From Lobosporangium transversale (lineage: Eukaryota), in assembly GCF_002105155.1 (NCBI RefSeq), contig NW_019029000.1:372001-436000 (forward strand): a DNA stretch of 64,000 nucleotides, given 5' to 3'. Below, one piece after another: positions 33,687 to 47,593 of this stretch. The stretch's first letter is position 1. Each line of letters begins with the position of its first letter. The position numbers and the translations under genes are program-made. The notes beneath the pieces were generated by a model. It did not search any database. It was given only the letters and a program-made list of their open reading frames with translations, and was not told where the DNA came from.

Positions 33687-34577
33687 TTTTGTTTGTTCTT
33701 TTGAGAAAAGGTTATATAGTAATAATATATATACCAATGACTTGTCTGATCGTTTTTTTTTTTTTTTTTTTTTTTTTTACATGCTAGTCTAAAAGTCTAT
33801 ACTCGCCAATGACAATCCATCTCTAGAGAAACTCGAGGCGCATAAACTTGTCCAGTCGCCAAGCCCTCAGAGGTATTTTATTTTTTTTATTTTTTTTATT
33901 TTTTTTATTTTATTTTTTATTTCATTTTATAATATTATGATGATTAGCATTAATATTATATATTATATGTATTTTACACGTTTGTTTGTAAATCTGTTAT
34001 TTGTTATTATGACCATCATTATTTTTTCGCGTAGCATGCATGGCATAGCATAGCAAAGTATAGCCCAGTATAGTAGAGCATAGGATAGGATAGGATAGGA
34101 TAGGATAGGATAGGGTAGGAAGGAATTTCTCTTCGCGCGATTGTCTTTAAATCGGAGTATGAAAAGAAAAAAGATCAATGACAATCTCTTACAACCTACT
34201 GTGGCACGCAGCTCAGCTTTTTATCTTTGTAAAGCAAATGTAAAGCATTACAAACAAACAAACATGTATGTATAATTAATACGTCTGATGATTGTAATGA
34301 GAAAAAGCAAATACTTGAAAGGATGATGCATGATGGATGACAAAAGTGGTTTTTTAGTGGTTTTTTTTTTTTTTTTTTTTGGTTTTTTGGTGGTATGGAA
34401 AATAGAAACAAAACATTGTGTAAGCGAGAGAGAGAGAGGCAGAGAGGCAGAGAGAGAAGGCAAGCAATAGGTAACAAGCAATAGGCAATAGGCAACAAGT
34501 ATATAACAAGTAAATCGTTTCGTACTCATTTCTCTGGCTTTGTCGATCAGGGGTAAATAAACAAAACAAAACAAAAC

Positions 34578-34608
<31 letters not shown>

Positions 34609-35599
34609 TTCGAAAATAAATACAAGACGCGTCTAAATTGTTTCAATCCCGAACAATGCTTGCTTCCATGTAAACAACACAAAGAACAAACAGCACAACA
34701 CAACACATGGATGCATAAAAAATAAAAAATAAAAAATAATAGAAATTATAGAAATTATAGAAATAAAAAAAAGACGCGAACCATTTTCGATTTTTTTTTT
34801 TTTTTTTTTTTTTTTTTGTTCAACTAATCCTTTCAATTTCTTTATGCTAAAAAAAAAAAGTCCTCGCCCACCTCCTCTCTCTTTCTCTCTCTCTGTCTTC
34901 TTTACCTTTTTGTCTCTTGACGTAATCCTCCCAAGAGAATGGAAGGAAGGGAGGAAGGAAGGAAGAGAGGAAGGAAGGAAGGAAGGGAAAAAAAGAGTGG
35001 TGGAGGGTGGCACAGAGATTTGGATCGGGGACCGTTAAAGTTGCCAAGGGGAACCCCAGTTGTTCCAAAGGAAGGATTCACATTGATTGATCAACGAATC
35101 TCTTTCTTTCTCCTCTCTCTTCTTCGATTGATCGATCTTCTTTGTTCCATAACAGACGAGTTCTTTATATAAATATATATTTATAAACATATATATACAG
35201 TCTCCAATTCAACTAAAGTATTGTACATATATATATATATATACATATGAATCATTATTATTATTCATCGGTGGCTGTGGAACCAACCAGGTAGCGAAAT
35301 AAAGTTTTGATATATCATTTCAAAAGCTCGATTGAATGGGGAATAAGAACTCTTGAAACTTTTTTTTTTTTTTTTTTTTTTTTGTTCAGTCGCTGTATAT
35401 ATTTATAATGCTTTATATATACATTCATATATATTCATTTATATATTTATTCACTTTTACATTTATTCATTTATACATTTAATCATTTATGTGTTCATTT
35501 TCAGTTATGTATTTATCTCTATAAAAAAAAAAAAAAAAAAATGAATGGACGCGACACGACACGACACGACACGATACGATACAATATAGGGTTTATGAG

Positions 35600-35630
<31 letters not shown>

Positions 35631-38600
35631 TTCCTGTGTGTTCATGAATCTACAGATGATATAACATAATATAACATAATGTAATACAATATGTATAATG
35701 TCATTAGGATAGAAATGGAGAGGCCTGTTACCATTGATGTCACGAACACGAAAGGCAACGCGCTCCCTCACTTCCCCCTCTCGCAGGCATCGTTTTATTA
35801 AAATAAAAATAAAAATAAAAATAAAAAAAATAAAAAAAAAAATAAAAAGTCCTTTTTCACGGAATTCATGTCAGTGCTCAAGCAATAATCCTGAGCTTAG
35901 GAAGAGAAGAAGGAGCAGGGGAAGGGAGAAGAGGAAGGGGAAGGGGAAGGAGAAGGAGAAGAAAAGAGGTGGCAATTATTTGTGCCAGATGAGGGGGAAC
36001 AAGTAATATGTAAGTTATAAAATGAAAAATGAAAACTAACCAGCCTACATGATACATTTTTCACACATTCATATACTCACAACAATCAATTTCAACAGTT
36101 TAAAAAGAAAAAGGCGGGAAAAAAGCCATGGTAATGTTTATCCACAATTAACCATAAGATGTATACAAATTAATAACGGATACCAAGAAAAGAAATGAAT
36201 GAACATCCCCATTCATGTGGAAGGAAGGAAGGAAGGAAGAAAAGAAGGAAGGAAGAGGAGGAGGAAGGGAAGGAGGAATATATTTTTAACACGCGTGAAA
36301 CGCCTAAACCTCTTTTTCCTTTTCTTCCCCCTTCCCTCCCCCCCCCTATCATGTCGTGATGGTGATTGTAGTACATATGCGCCTTGACAACTTTTTCGCG
36401 TCATTTTTCAATCAATTGCAATTAAAAGATGTTGACAAAACAAAAACAAAAAACAAGCTTAACAAATCCAGCCGTGGTTTTTTTTTTTTTTTTTTTTTTA
36501 TAGTTTTTTTTATTCCATATTTTGGTGACCTGAGCTAGAAAAGAGAAAGAAAGAAAGAGAATGAGAGAGAAAGAGAGAGAAAGAGAAAGAGAGAGAAATG
36601 AATAGGTTGTTGCCCGAGTAGACAAAGTCTTCTTGTCACGAGTACCTCGGATCGAGCTCTAAAAAGGAAAAGCGCGAATTGGATGCTTAAAACGACTGGG
36701 TATAAACACGTCTGAGAAAGCGACTTTGGGTAAGGTCCTCCAAACCCTTTTTTACTTTGCTCCAATCCTGCAGTCGAGAACAAGAACGAGAAAAGGTACT
36801 ACGCATTTTTAGTCTGCAAACTCTTTTTTATTTTTATTTTTTTATTTTTTTATTTATTATGATTATTATTTATTATTATTCTTATTTGTTATTATTATAT
36901 ACTATTATTGCTATTGCTGTTGTTGTTGTTTTATATTGTTTAGTCCAAGGAGAGAGAAGAGAGAGAGAGAGAACAATGCGTACTGGAGAGTGGAGAGGGT
37001 AGGATAGAAAGCTTTTTAAGGTTCCCCACAACTGGGCAGAGGAGAAAGAGAGAATGAAAGTAAGCGCTAAACATTTATGGAGATGTAGATAGACGGACAG
37101 AGTTTTGAAGAGACAGATCGAGACGCTTTCCGAACCCATTCAACACTTTTCTGGAAGAGAAAACAGCTTTTTATTTTCTTTTTCTTTTCTTTTTTCTATT
37201 CGAGTGTTTCATTATGAACGGAGAAAAAAAAGAAAAAAGAAAAAAGAAAAAAGAAAAAAGAAAAAAAAGAAAAAAAAAAAAAAGGAAATGGATCTCAGTC
37301 ATTGATTTGTTTGTGTGTAATATAATATATTTTATTTATATATTGATTTCGTTACTGTCATTGCTATTACTCTTGTTATTGTTGCTATTTATCTATATAT
37401 ATTATCATTGTCATAGTTATGGTCATTGTCAGTGTCATTGTCATTGTCATTGTCATTAGGCGCTGTCGAACTTTTTTATTTGCAGATAAATCATTGGTAA
37501 ACCTTTTGAGCAATTATGCAATTATGCAAACTACTCTTACCATCCACACCAACGGACATCAACAACAAAAAAAAAGAAAAGAAAAGAAAAAGAAAAGAAA
37601 AAGTGTGTGTATTGTTCAATTGAAGATTATTTACTTGGTATCGTAACCAGCCCTACGGATCTGCAATTGATTTTCTTTTTTTCATTCAATCAGCTCAGTT
37701 GCATATATTCCTTTCCTCTTGAAGAGATGAAGAAAAAGTTGCATTCAAATGAGAAGGAAGGAAAGGTCGTTCGTTGACTTTAAAAAGTCCCTTTTTTTTC
37801 GCCCTTGCTTTCGTTTCTTCTTCTTCTTCTTTTTCTTCTTTTTCTTCTTCGCCATCATCATCCCAATCTCTTTTTTTTATTTTTTTCTGACACATCGTTC
37901 CTTTTTGAACCTTTGAACAGATTGATTATATATTATTGATCAACGACTATCTTGGTTCCCCTTTTTATTCTTTTTACCTTGTCTCTAGTTTTTTTTTTTT
38001 TTTTTTTACTTCTTTTCATCCAAGACATCCATCTGACACCCCACTCGATTCTCTCTCCCCTGCATCTTACTCCGTCTCCAGTCATTTAGCGATGTAAGCT
38101 TATCTAGATCTCTGTTTCTTTTTGTGATCGAGAGAATATCAATCTCTTTATCAACGAGACAATATCAGCTGTTTATCTTGTCTTGGGGGAGTTTTTTTTT
38201 TTTCTATGTTTTATTTTATTTTATTTTATTTTTTATTTTTTATTTTTTATTTTTTATTTTTTATTTTTTATTTTTATTTTTCGCGTCTGGCGTGGTGAGT
38301 ATAGTAATCTTTTTATATACTTTTTTTTTTTTTTTTTTTTCTTCTCTTTAACAACTTTTCGTTTCTTTTGCGCGTTTGCAGACACTTGGGAAAGAGGAAA
38401 GAGGAAAGAGGAGAGTGAAAAAAGAAAGAAAAATAAAAAATAAAAATAAAAAAACCACACAACAGTTCAATGGCGATGCATGATAGATACATGATACGTC
38501 CACGCGATACGAGATTGAATGTACTTTCTTTTTTTTTTTCTTTTCTTTTTTTTACTTTTTAACCCTTTCAACGGCGGTATATTCATTATAACATTGGTCA

Positions 38601-39684
38601 ACGTAAAAAAGATTAAAAAAAAATAAAAAAAAAATAAAAAAAAAAAGGGCCGGTGTGGCGTTTTTTTCGTATATTTTTCCTTTCGACTTTATATTATTCC
38701 TACAACAGTTCTCACATGAGCGTGGCAACAGCCCTATCCTTGACTCTTATTCATGCAAAAAAAACAAAAAAACAAAAAAACAAAAAAAAAAAAAAAAAAA
38801 AAAAGAAAAGAAAAGAGAAAGTAAGAGTGAGAGCGAGTAAGAGAGGTTTACAGAATTTACAAATGGTCTATAGGATTGATCTACACAGGTCGTACAATAG
38901 ACCGCGTTGGGCATCTTGGAAATAAAGAGATTATGATGAGATGAATGACAGAATATGTAATCCTTTTTCCTTTCTACTCTACTACCACTTTTTTTTCTAT
39001 TTATTTTTTTTTTTATTTTTTTTTATTTTTTTTTTCCTTTTGGTCTGATTGGAAATAAACCCATGGGTTGTCAGGCGTTGATAAGCAGTTGGGCTATGCG
39101 CATTACTCTTTCTCTCGGTTTTTTTTTTTTATTTTTTTATTTTTTTTTTTATTTCTTTCTCTCATTCTGCACTGGTGCGGTGTATATATCAATTTGTATT
39201 TACATTTACATTTGAATTTGGATCAAAGTAAAACCATGAAGGCAATGCAAGGAGAGAATAAGATTAAGACCGTTGCAAACATTCTCGTTCACACCGATAA
39301 AAAAAAAAAAAAAAAGAAAAAAAAAAAAAAAGAGTGGTTGTTCAACTGAAGATCCCATTTTTTTTTTTGTTCCCTTTTTTTTTTTTTTTTTTTTTTCTTC
39401 TTTTACTACTCTTGTCTCTTTCTCAGTTTCTATCATACTGTGGGCGTGTGAGTGTGCTTGTTTAACGGCTTCGCCTGAATGTAAAGTAAAAAAAGGAAAG
39501 GGCATCAAGGCCAGAATGCCGTCATCTAAATATCGTTCTTTTTTTTTTATATATACAATGGGATGGTAGAGGCAGGAACGGGTTGCTTTAGCATTTGATG
39601 TTTCTCTTTCTTTTCCTCTTTCTCTCTTTCTCTCCTTTTCTTTTCTTTTTTTTTATTTTCTTTTCCTGTATTACTGTATCGCCA

Positions 39685-39729
<45 letters not shown>

Positions 39730-41462
39730 ATATATCTCTCTTGCTTTTATCTGTCTATCAAAACTCTTTTTGTCTCGCTTTTTTTTTTATTCAATTAATA
39801 ATTTATCGAATCATTTCCTTACAATTACGTATTAAAATATTACCATTTTCAGCAAATCAATTGGGTGAGTGAAAAAAAAAAACTTTTTTTTTTTTTTTTT
39901 TTTTTTTTTCCTGGCATGCGCACACATCACATACACAGACACAGACACAGACATAAATATATACACACAAATATATACACAGATACATATACAGAGATAT
40001 ACAACCTACACATAGACACGTATACAATCATCCTAGACACATAACACAAAAACAGACATGCAAAACATGGACAACGCGTCTTTTTTATTTTTTATTTTTC
40101 ATTTTCCTACACATAGAATGGAGTAAGACATGAGTGGAGCTGTGCTGTGTTACGATCCAACTGATTCGCAAGAATGTTTTGTTGTTGTTGTTGTTGTTGT
40201 TGTTGTCATTGAAATCCCTTGCATTGCATTGCATTACATTATAAAAGTGAAAAAAAAAATGACCTGCCAATATCAATGGACGCGGGGTTAAGAGAGAAAG
40301 AGAGAGAGAGAGAGAGAAAGGGCTTTGAATGGACAGCGAGGTTTCTATTTTATTACCCTTATATTTCTTTTGATGACTATTCTCTTGATCCCTTGATCGG
40401 CTTTCTTCCTACGATCTAGTCCACCAACCAGGGCTGAGCCATGAAATATATGCAGGGTATGCGGATGTTGGGGGGAAACGGGGTGCTGTTCACAAGCGAG
40501 AAAAAGATTGCTTCTGGCTGACTGGCTGGCTGGGCTGGTTGAAATGTGTAGTGTGCTAGTGTGATAGTTGACGTGTGGACCAATCAGAAGCCGTCCTTTC
40601 CTTCTCTGTCTCTCGTGATGGTCCGTTGTTAAAGCTTCTCCGGTGGTTTGTCCTTTTTATATGGATAAAATACATTGATTGAAGACTCTTGCGCTTCTTT
40701 TCGTTTTATATGATACTTTATTGTTTATTGTTATATAATATACCTTTTGTATCGTATCGTATCGTATCGTATCGTGTTCGTTGTCATATTTGGTTTGGTA
40801 TTTGTCCGGGACGATCCATTGCCTCATTTGCATCCATTGCCTCATTGTGCACATTCATATCATTTTCTGTTGTCGTCCGTCTCTTTTGGGGTCTGTGTGT
40901 TATTTATTTTTTTTTTTTTAAAAAAAAAAGGAGAGAGAGAGAGAGAAGAAGAAGAAGAAGAAGAAGGAGGAGGAGGAAGGAAAGAAAAAAAAAAAAAAAA
41001 AAAAAAAGAGTCAATTCTCGTTCACATCAACGACAACGATACATCATCATCTGTGAATGAAAAGAAAAAAGAAAAAAAAAAAAAAAAAAAAAAAAAAGAG
41101 AGTGAGAGAAAGAAGAATATAAAAGAAATGACATAGAAATCAGTTCTTTTTCCTTCTTCTAATCCATTCATCCGATCTGTGCTTTTTCTTTTTTTCTTTT
41201 TCTTTTTCTTTTTTCTTTAAAAGCTGCTACGCCAACCAAAAAAGTCTTTTTCTTATCCTTCTTTTCCTTTTCTTCCTTCTTCCTTCTTCCTTCTTCTTCC
41301 TTCTTCTTTTTACTTCTTTTTACTTCTTTTTTCTTCTTCACTTGCACATGTAAACTCGATTAAACCATCCTATACTTACTCGTTAATCTTTATATATTCT
41401 ATCCTATTTTATCTTACTTTATATCCTCTTCAGCTGATCGTATCCCTCTTGTTCGCATTGGC

Positions 41463-41567
41463 TTGACTTGACTTGACTTGACTTGACTTGACTTGACTTG
41501 ACTTGACTTGACTTGACTTGACTTGACTAAAGACTAAAGACTAAAGACTAAAGACTAAAGACTAAAG
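41463..41567. repeat. (CTTGA)~13 plus (AAAGACT)~5 compound tandem repeat just upstream of the medA ATG
   Basis: Directly visible; ends about 12 nt before ATG 41579. Confidence 0.95.
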
Positions 41568-41578
41568 GACATTCAATC

Positions 41579-43252
41579 ATGGACATGTCTGCTATCCAAA
41601 GTAAGTTTTTGAATCATGCAAAAAAAAGAAAGAAAAAAAAAAAAAAAAAAAAAAAGTTTTTCCTTCTCTGTTTCCCTTTCTTCCCTGTTCTTCATTTCCC
41701 CTTTAAAGAAAGACGCGTGTGAATGATAAAGACTTGTCTTTCTAAAAAGGCAAGCCATGCTCAAATGCTCATGGACAATGTGTTTGTCTCATGTCTCATC
41801 AATCTTTAAAATGAGACAATGCAATCTCCCAACGTTCAACCTTCTTTACGCTCTCCACCCTCTTTTTTCATCCAAACAACCAAACAATGTAAACAATCAA
41901 ACACCACACACCCTATACACATTTACACACACATACAACTCATGCACCTTACACACATACAACTCATGCACCTTGGGAATTTGCGCCCTGACTGATATTC
42001 ATTCGGGTGTCTTACAAAAAGCTTTTTGCAGACCCATTATCTCTGTGTCACTACTCCCAATCCATCATTCTTCTGCTTGCTTCTTTCTTTCTTTCCTTCA
42101 GATCGACATTCATCCATTCCACTCTCTGCTCTGTCTGATTAATTGAGCGTGAGGAAAGAAAGAAAGAAAGAAAAGAAAAAAGAAAAGAAAAGAGGGTGGC
42201 ACAATAGTAAGGACAAACAAGGGAAACAGAACAGCCTTCTCTTTTGTGTTTGTTGACCAAGCTGTTCGGCAAAAATATATAAACGCATTCATATTATGTT
42301 TTAAACTTCTGAGTATCCCTCCATCACTCCAAATAAGCCATCCATATAAGTACTCTATCTATTCTTTCCAATTTAATTGCTTTTTTTTTTTTTTTTTTTT
42401 TTTTTTTTTCATCATCATTTTATCAATACTCTCACTTTTCACTTTTCACTTTTCACACTTTTCACTCTTTTCACTCTTTTCTTCTTCTTCTCTTTTCCTC
42501 TTTTCCTCTCTTTCTCTCTTTTGTCTTTCTGATATCTTTCTCATTGCTCAACTTCATTTCCCGCCATTTGACATTTGATTGTGCGCTCAACTTCATTCTT
42601 TCTTTCTATTACATTTTATTATTATTCTTATTCTTATTCTTATTATTATTATTATTATTATTATTAATTCTTCTTAATTTTATCCTCCTTCTTGTCTGGT
42701 TCGTCTACATCCTCCTACCTACTTTTTGCTCCATCCTTCCCTACAGATTTTGAACCACGAAAGTTTGTTACCATGCCTGATTCACCACAAGTCCAAGCTT
42801 CTCAGGCTCAACCATCACAACAATCACAATCCCAACCACAAACAACCGACGCATTCTCACAGCAAATCTTCAAAGATGACTCGACCGATTCAGCTCCTCC
42901 GAGGATTTTCGAATACAGCCCTCATTTCGGTCCCGAGGGCCAGACCTTCACAGTGACACTGCAATCGAACACCGACAAGACCCTCCGTATTGGCTTTGGC
43001 ACCCTCGTTGTCGACACAAAGCAGTACTCCGCCAATGGCTATGTCACCCTGAGCTGCACCGTTCCCAATTTCGCCATCACTAAATGGTTCGTCAACAGAG
43101 TACCTCTGTATGTGTTGCAAATGGAGAATGACATGGTGATGGAGAGCTGGCCCTTTGGTGACTATTGCTATTACGATGGTAAGCATTCGTATCCACAACC
43201 ACATTAACAACCTTTGCATTTAGTATAGAATACATCACATACAAGTAACAGC

Positions 43253-43283
<31 letters not shown>

Positions 43284-45566
43284 GTTTTTAATGTTATGCC
43301 CTGGATCGAGAATGTTTCACCTTGCCATACAACTGAACTGAACCAACATTGTTTCTCAATTCATAATTAACAACTTTTTTTTTTTTTTTTTTTTTTTATC
43401 TCTTATTTTTTTATTTTTTATTTTTTTTATTTATTTTTTATTTTTTTAATACATTATACAGATCATGGCCAGAGTAATAGCAAGCGCAACAGTTATGATC
43501 AAGACACATCGAGCGTCACTAGTAAGAAGCCACATCTCCTTGCTGACCTTGATCTCTCCCGCACACAGTTGCCCTCTGCTCAGGCCAACCAACAGCTGTC
43601 ATCCCTGCCACCGACCACCCCCACATCACTTGCAGACAACAGTGCAGGTCTTGTTCCACGTCGTAAGTTTTTTTTTGCTTTGCTTTGCTTTTGTATTCAG
43701 CCACTTTTTCTTTTTCTTTTCCTTTTTTGAATTGACTGCGTTATATTACATTGTATTACATTGTATTGCATTGTATTACATTGTATTATATTGTATTACT
43801 TTATATTACATTATTGTTATTCTTATTATTACTACTATTGCTGTTGCTGTTGCTATTGTTACTTTTATTATTGTTAATTGCTATTGCTGTTGTTGTTATA
43901 ATCTTTGTTATTATTATCACTTTATTGCTTAATTGCTTTATTGCTTTATTGCTTTATTGCTTTATCGCTTAATTGCTTTGTTGCTCTAGTACGTTACGTT
44001 AATAGTCCCGGATGTTCAAAAATATTGTTCGCTATTCAGTCGCTCAAAAGGAAAATATAATTTCCAGTTGGGCGGCAGATTAAAAGAACACGGGACATAA
44101 ACAAACACCTGACTTTTTGTTATTCTTTCACTTTACTTTACTTTACTTTACTTTACTTTACTTTTTACGTTTCTTTTTACTTTTCTTTTTTACTTTGCTT
44201 TGCTTTGCTTTACTTTACTTTCTTACTTTTACTTTTTACGTTTTGTTGTCGTGGGAGACTTTTTTATTAATGCCTTCTTTCCATCGACTCTTTTGATAAA
44301 CCCCCTATTCATAGACGATGATTACTCTGGACTCCCCTCCGCCAACGGGTATGATGCTGGGCTCTATTCCCAGAATTTGCAATCCACCAGCCCATACAGT
44401 TCACGATCGCCCGTGAGCGCCTCTTCGTACGCACGCTCAGGATATTACAACTCGAGTATGTGTTTTTTTTTTATTAATTTGCCATGCTTATTCTTTCCCA
44501 CTGTTGGGCTATTTTTGTTTGCATTAATGATTTATGCGTTTTGCAAACAATTTCCATGCTGATGCATGTTAACGCCCACGCTCAACGGCTTATTTTGACC
44601 CGTTAGAATATTTTAAAGAATATAAATAATATTGATTCTGTCTCAAAAAATCATCTTGACTGATAAATCATACTTTTTTTTTTTTTTTTTTTTTTCTCCC
44701 TCCTTTTCATTTCCATAATAGACCAAATGATCGCTCCTCACGTGCCCACATACTCACAGCCAGATCTTGGAGCACCATCTGCCTATGCTCTGACGACAGC
44801 AACAACAACAACAACAACAGCAACTAATCACAATACCAACTACATCCCCAATCATCCACAGGCCGTTGCGCCCTCATCCTATATGCCACAGCCTCACCCG
44901 AGCACAAGCCTGAGTGCTGGCCTTCCCCTCAGCAGCTATAATCCCTATGCCAGTCTACTCAACAAGGCCAACCTCAAGTTCACTGGGAACATGGACGACA
45001 TGGCCATCAACTGGTCTGCAGAAGAGTGGGAATCACATCGCCGCCTGGTCCAATTCTGGAGACGACAGGATGGCAATGACATCCATTGCACATTCGCACC
45101 CGTGGCCCCTGCTGACCGTCAGCCCAACAGCATTGTGATCTCTTGCATTTACTGGGCAGAGAAGAACGATTGCTTCTTGACTTCGGTCGATTGTATCTAC
45201 TTGCTCGAGTCTCTGATTGCGGTCCGCTTCACGGTCGAGGAAAAGAACCGGATCCGTCGTAATCTCGAGGGCTTCCGACCCATCACAGTTTCCAAATGCA
45301 AACCCGAGAGTGCCGAGTTCTTCAAGCTCATCATGTCTTTCCCAAACCCGAAGCCTAGGAACATTGAGAAGGACGTCAAGGTGTTCCCGTGGAAGGTTTT
45401 GCCCTATGCGCTCAAGAAGATCATCAGCAAGTACACGGCATCGTATAGTTCAACCGCCAGTATCCAGACGGATGCTTTCCATAACGCCAATTTCCCTCAT
45501 GGTTCAACGTTGCCAATGACTCCGCAGCAGCAAAGTGTGATTGAATCATCAAGCATCATTGCGTAA
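41579..45566 (+). CDS. medA: Medusa/MedA-family developmental transcriptional regulator
   Basis: C-terminal block ISCIYW...TSVDCIYLLE..RFTVEEKNRIRRNLEGFRPITVSK...FFKLIMSFPNPKPRNIEKDVKVFPW is the MedA conserved domain. N-terminal PRIFEYSPHFGPEG is IPT-like. Five exons with phase-1 introns; 22-nt first exon 41579-41600 (alternative ATG at 42773). Confidence 0.88.
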
Positions 45567-45760
45567 CTTTATTATCTTTTTTTTTTTTTTTTTTTTTTTT
45601 TTTCCTTTTCTCCTTTTTTTCCCTTTTTTTCCTTCATCATTGTTTTTATGCACTTGGAACACATGGATGGACTGGCTGGGTCGTTCTCTCTTTGTAGTTG
45701 ATTTTACTCTTCTTTTTCTTTTCGTTCATCGCTTCTTTGCCTTTTGTAGTATTATCATGT

Positions 45761-45794
<34 letters not shown>

Positions 45795-46144
45795 CCTTTC
45801 CTTTCCTTCTCTTTCAAAAAAAAAAAAATTGTACATTTTTCCATCCATGCCCCCCCTCCCCTTTTTTTCTTTCACTCCTTTTTACGAAACAAAAAAAAAA
45901 AAAAAAAAAAAAGGTTTTGGTTGCAACGATTGCAATCCTTCTTATGCTGCATACTTTTTATATATATCATTAGGCTGCGCTTTTATTGATATCAGTTAAA
46001 AAAAAAAAAATAAAAAAAAAAAGTAAATCAATCAATTAATCAATCAATCAATCAATATAAAAAAAATAAAAAAATTTGAATAATAAAAAGTTCTTTTCAG
46101 TTATTCTTTGAACTCCTGAGGATCTTTATAGAAAATGGTTCAAA

Positions 46145-46177
<33 letters not shown>

Positions 46178-47193
46178 CCTTCTTTCATAGTTTATAGAAC
46201 TAAAACTCCTCCCTCCATCTGAAAGATTTAATAATGATTGAGAGACAATGGAAGAAAAGAGGTGTTTGGGTTGGGTTACACTACAGCAACACAGTTGTTT
46301 TGCTTTGTTATTGTTATTGCTATTGTTATTGCTATTGTAATTGTTATTGTTATGGTTATGGTTATTGTTTTTTGTTTTTGTTTGTGTTTTAATTGAAGGT
46401 TTGAACTTTTTTTTTTTTTTTTTTTTTTTTTTTGATTCTCGCCACTTTTTTTTTTTTTTCTCCTTCCTATAGGACGATCCACTCCAACCCTCCTTTCCTA
46501 AACACTGTCATTAAGCATCATGTAATTGTTTCTAGGATCTAAAAAAGTAAATTCGTAGTCAGGAGGAGAGGAGAAAGTAAAAAAAAAAGAGAGGTGGGGA
46601 GGCAGGGTGGGGGGGGGGGGGAACTGAAGCAATTTAAAATTTTCATAAAAGGTTGAACCCACTAAATCCAAAAGTCAACCAATTAAAAGCCAATCGAAGT
46701 CATTCAAACCAATTCAGCCAATTGACCAAGATTTTAATTTGCCAATTATCAATTATGAAATATCAATTATCAGTTATGAAATATGAATTATCAATTATTA
46801 ACTGTCAATTACATGTTTAGTCAATTAGACGCATCGATTCATAAAAAAATATCAAAATGATATATATATATACATACATATATATTTATTATATCAACCA
46901 AAGAAGAAGAAAAGTAAAAAGATGGAGGGATTGACAATAGATCAAGGATGATCCCCCTCATCCATCCATATCTCTATTCTGGAACATCCTTCTTCCTCAT
47001 AAACATTATTGCTTTATTGATCACTCACTCACTCTTTCTTTTTCTTTTTTTTTTTTAATTGTAACGTATCATTTCATGCCTCGCCTTGTCTCGTCTTCAT
47101 CTATGCATGGAAATAGCCTATTCTTTATTCTTATTTTTGATTTATTCTAGTTCTAATGCTGGGGGGTTTTTTTTTTATTTTTATTTTTTTATC

Positions 47194-47546
47194 CTAAAAT
47201 TTACAATAGTGGTTGTATCGAGGGAAGGGGATGATGTCTCGGACATTGTCCATGCCTGTGACCATCAACATGTACCGTTCAAACCCAATGCCCCATCCAC
47301 CATGTGGGGTCGTACCATACTTTCGTAAATCCAAATACCACTGGTACTCTTCTTGATCCAACCCAAATTCCCAAAGTTGCTTCTTCAACACCTCATGTCG
47401 TTCCTCCCTAAGGGATCCTCCCATTAACTCTCCAATCCCAGGTACAAGCAAATCAACACATCCTACCGTCGTACGATCCTCTTCCTCCTGTTTTCCTACT
47501 TTTGTACTGCCGCCACTGCTACTGCCATTGTTACTGTTACTGTTAG

Positions 47547-47593
<47 letters not shown>

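Noticed and set aside
31100..41500. Dozens of short poly-Phe/poly-Lys ORFs
   Set aside because: They are produced by T/A homopolymers and microsatellites, with no domain-like content.
41463..41567. Regular repeats considered as a CRISPR-like array
   Set aside because: Pure 5- and 7-bp tandem units with no spacers, in a eukaryotic context without cas genes.
47542..47548. Perfect TACTAAC (minus strand) inside the AsnRS poly-Ser insert, suggesting a hidden intron
   Set aside because: Available donors are weak, nearby AG acceptors would shift the frame, and the ORF is open without splicing.
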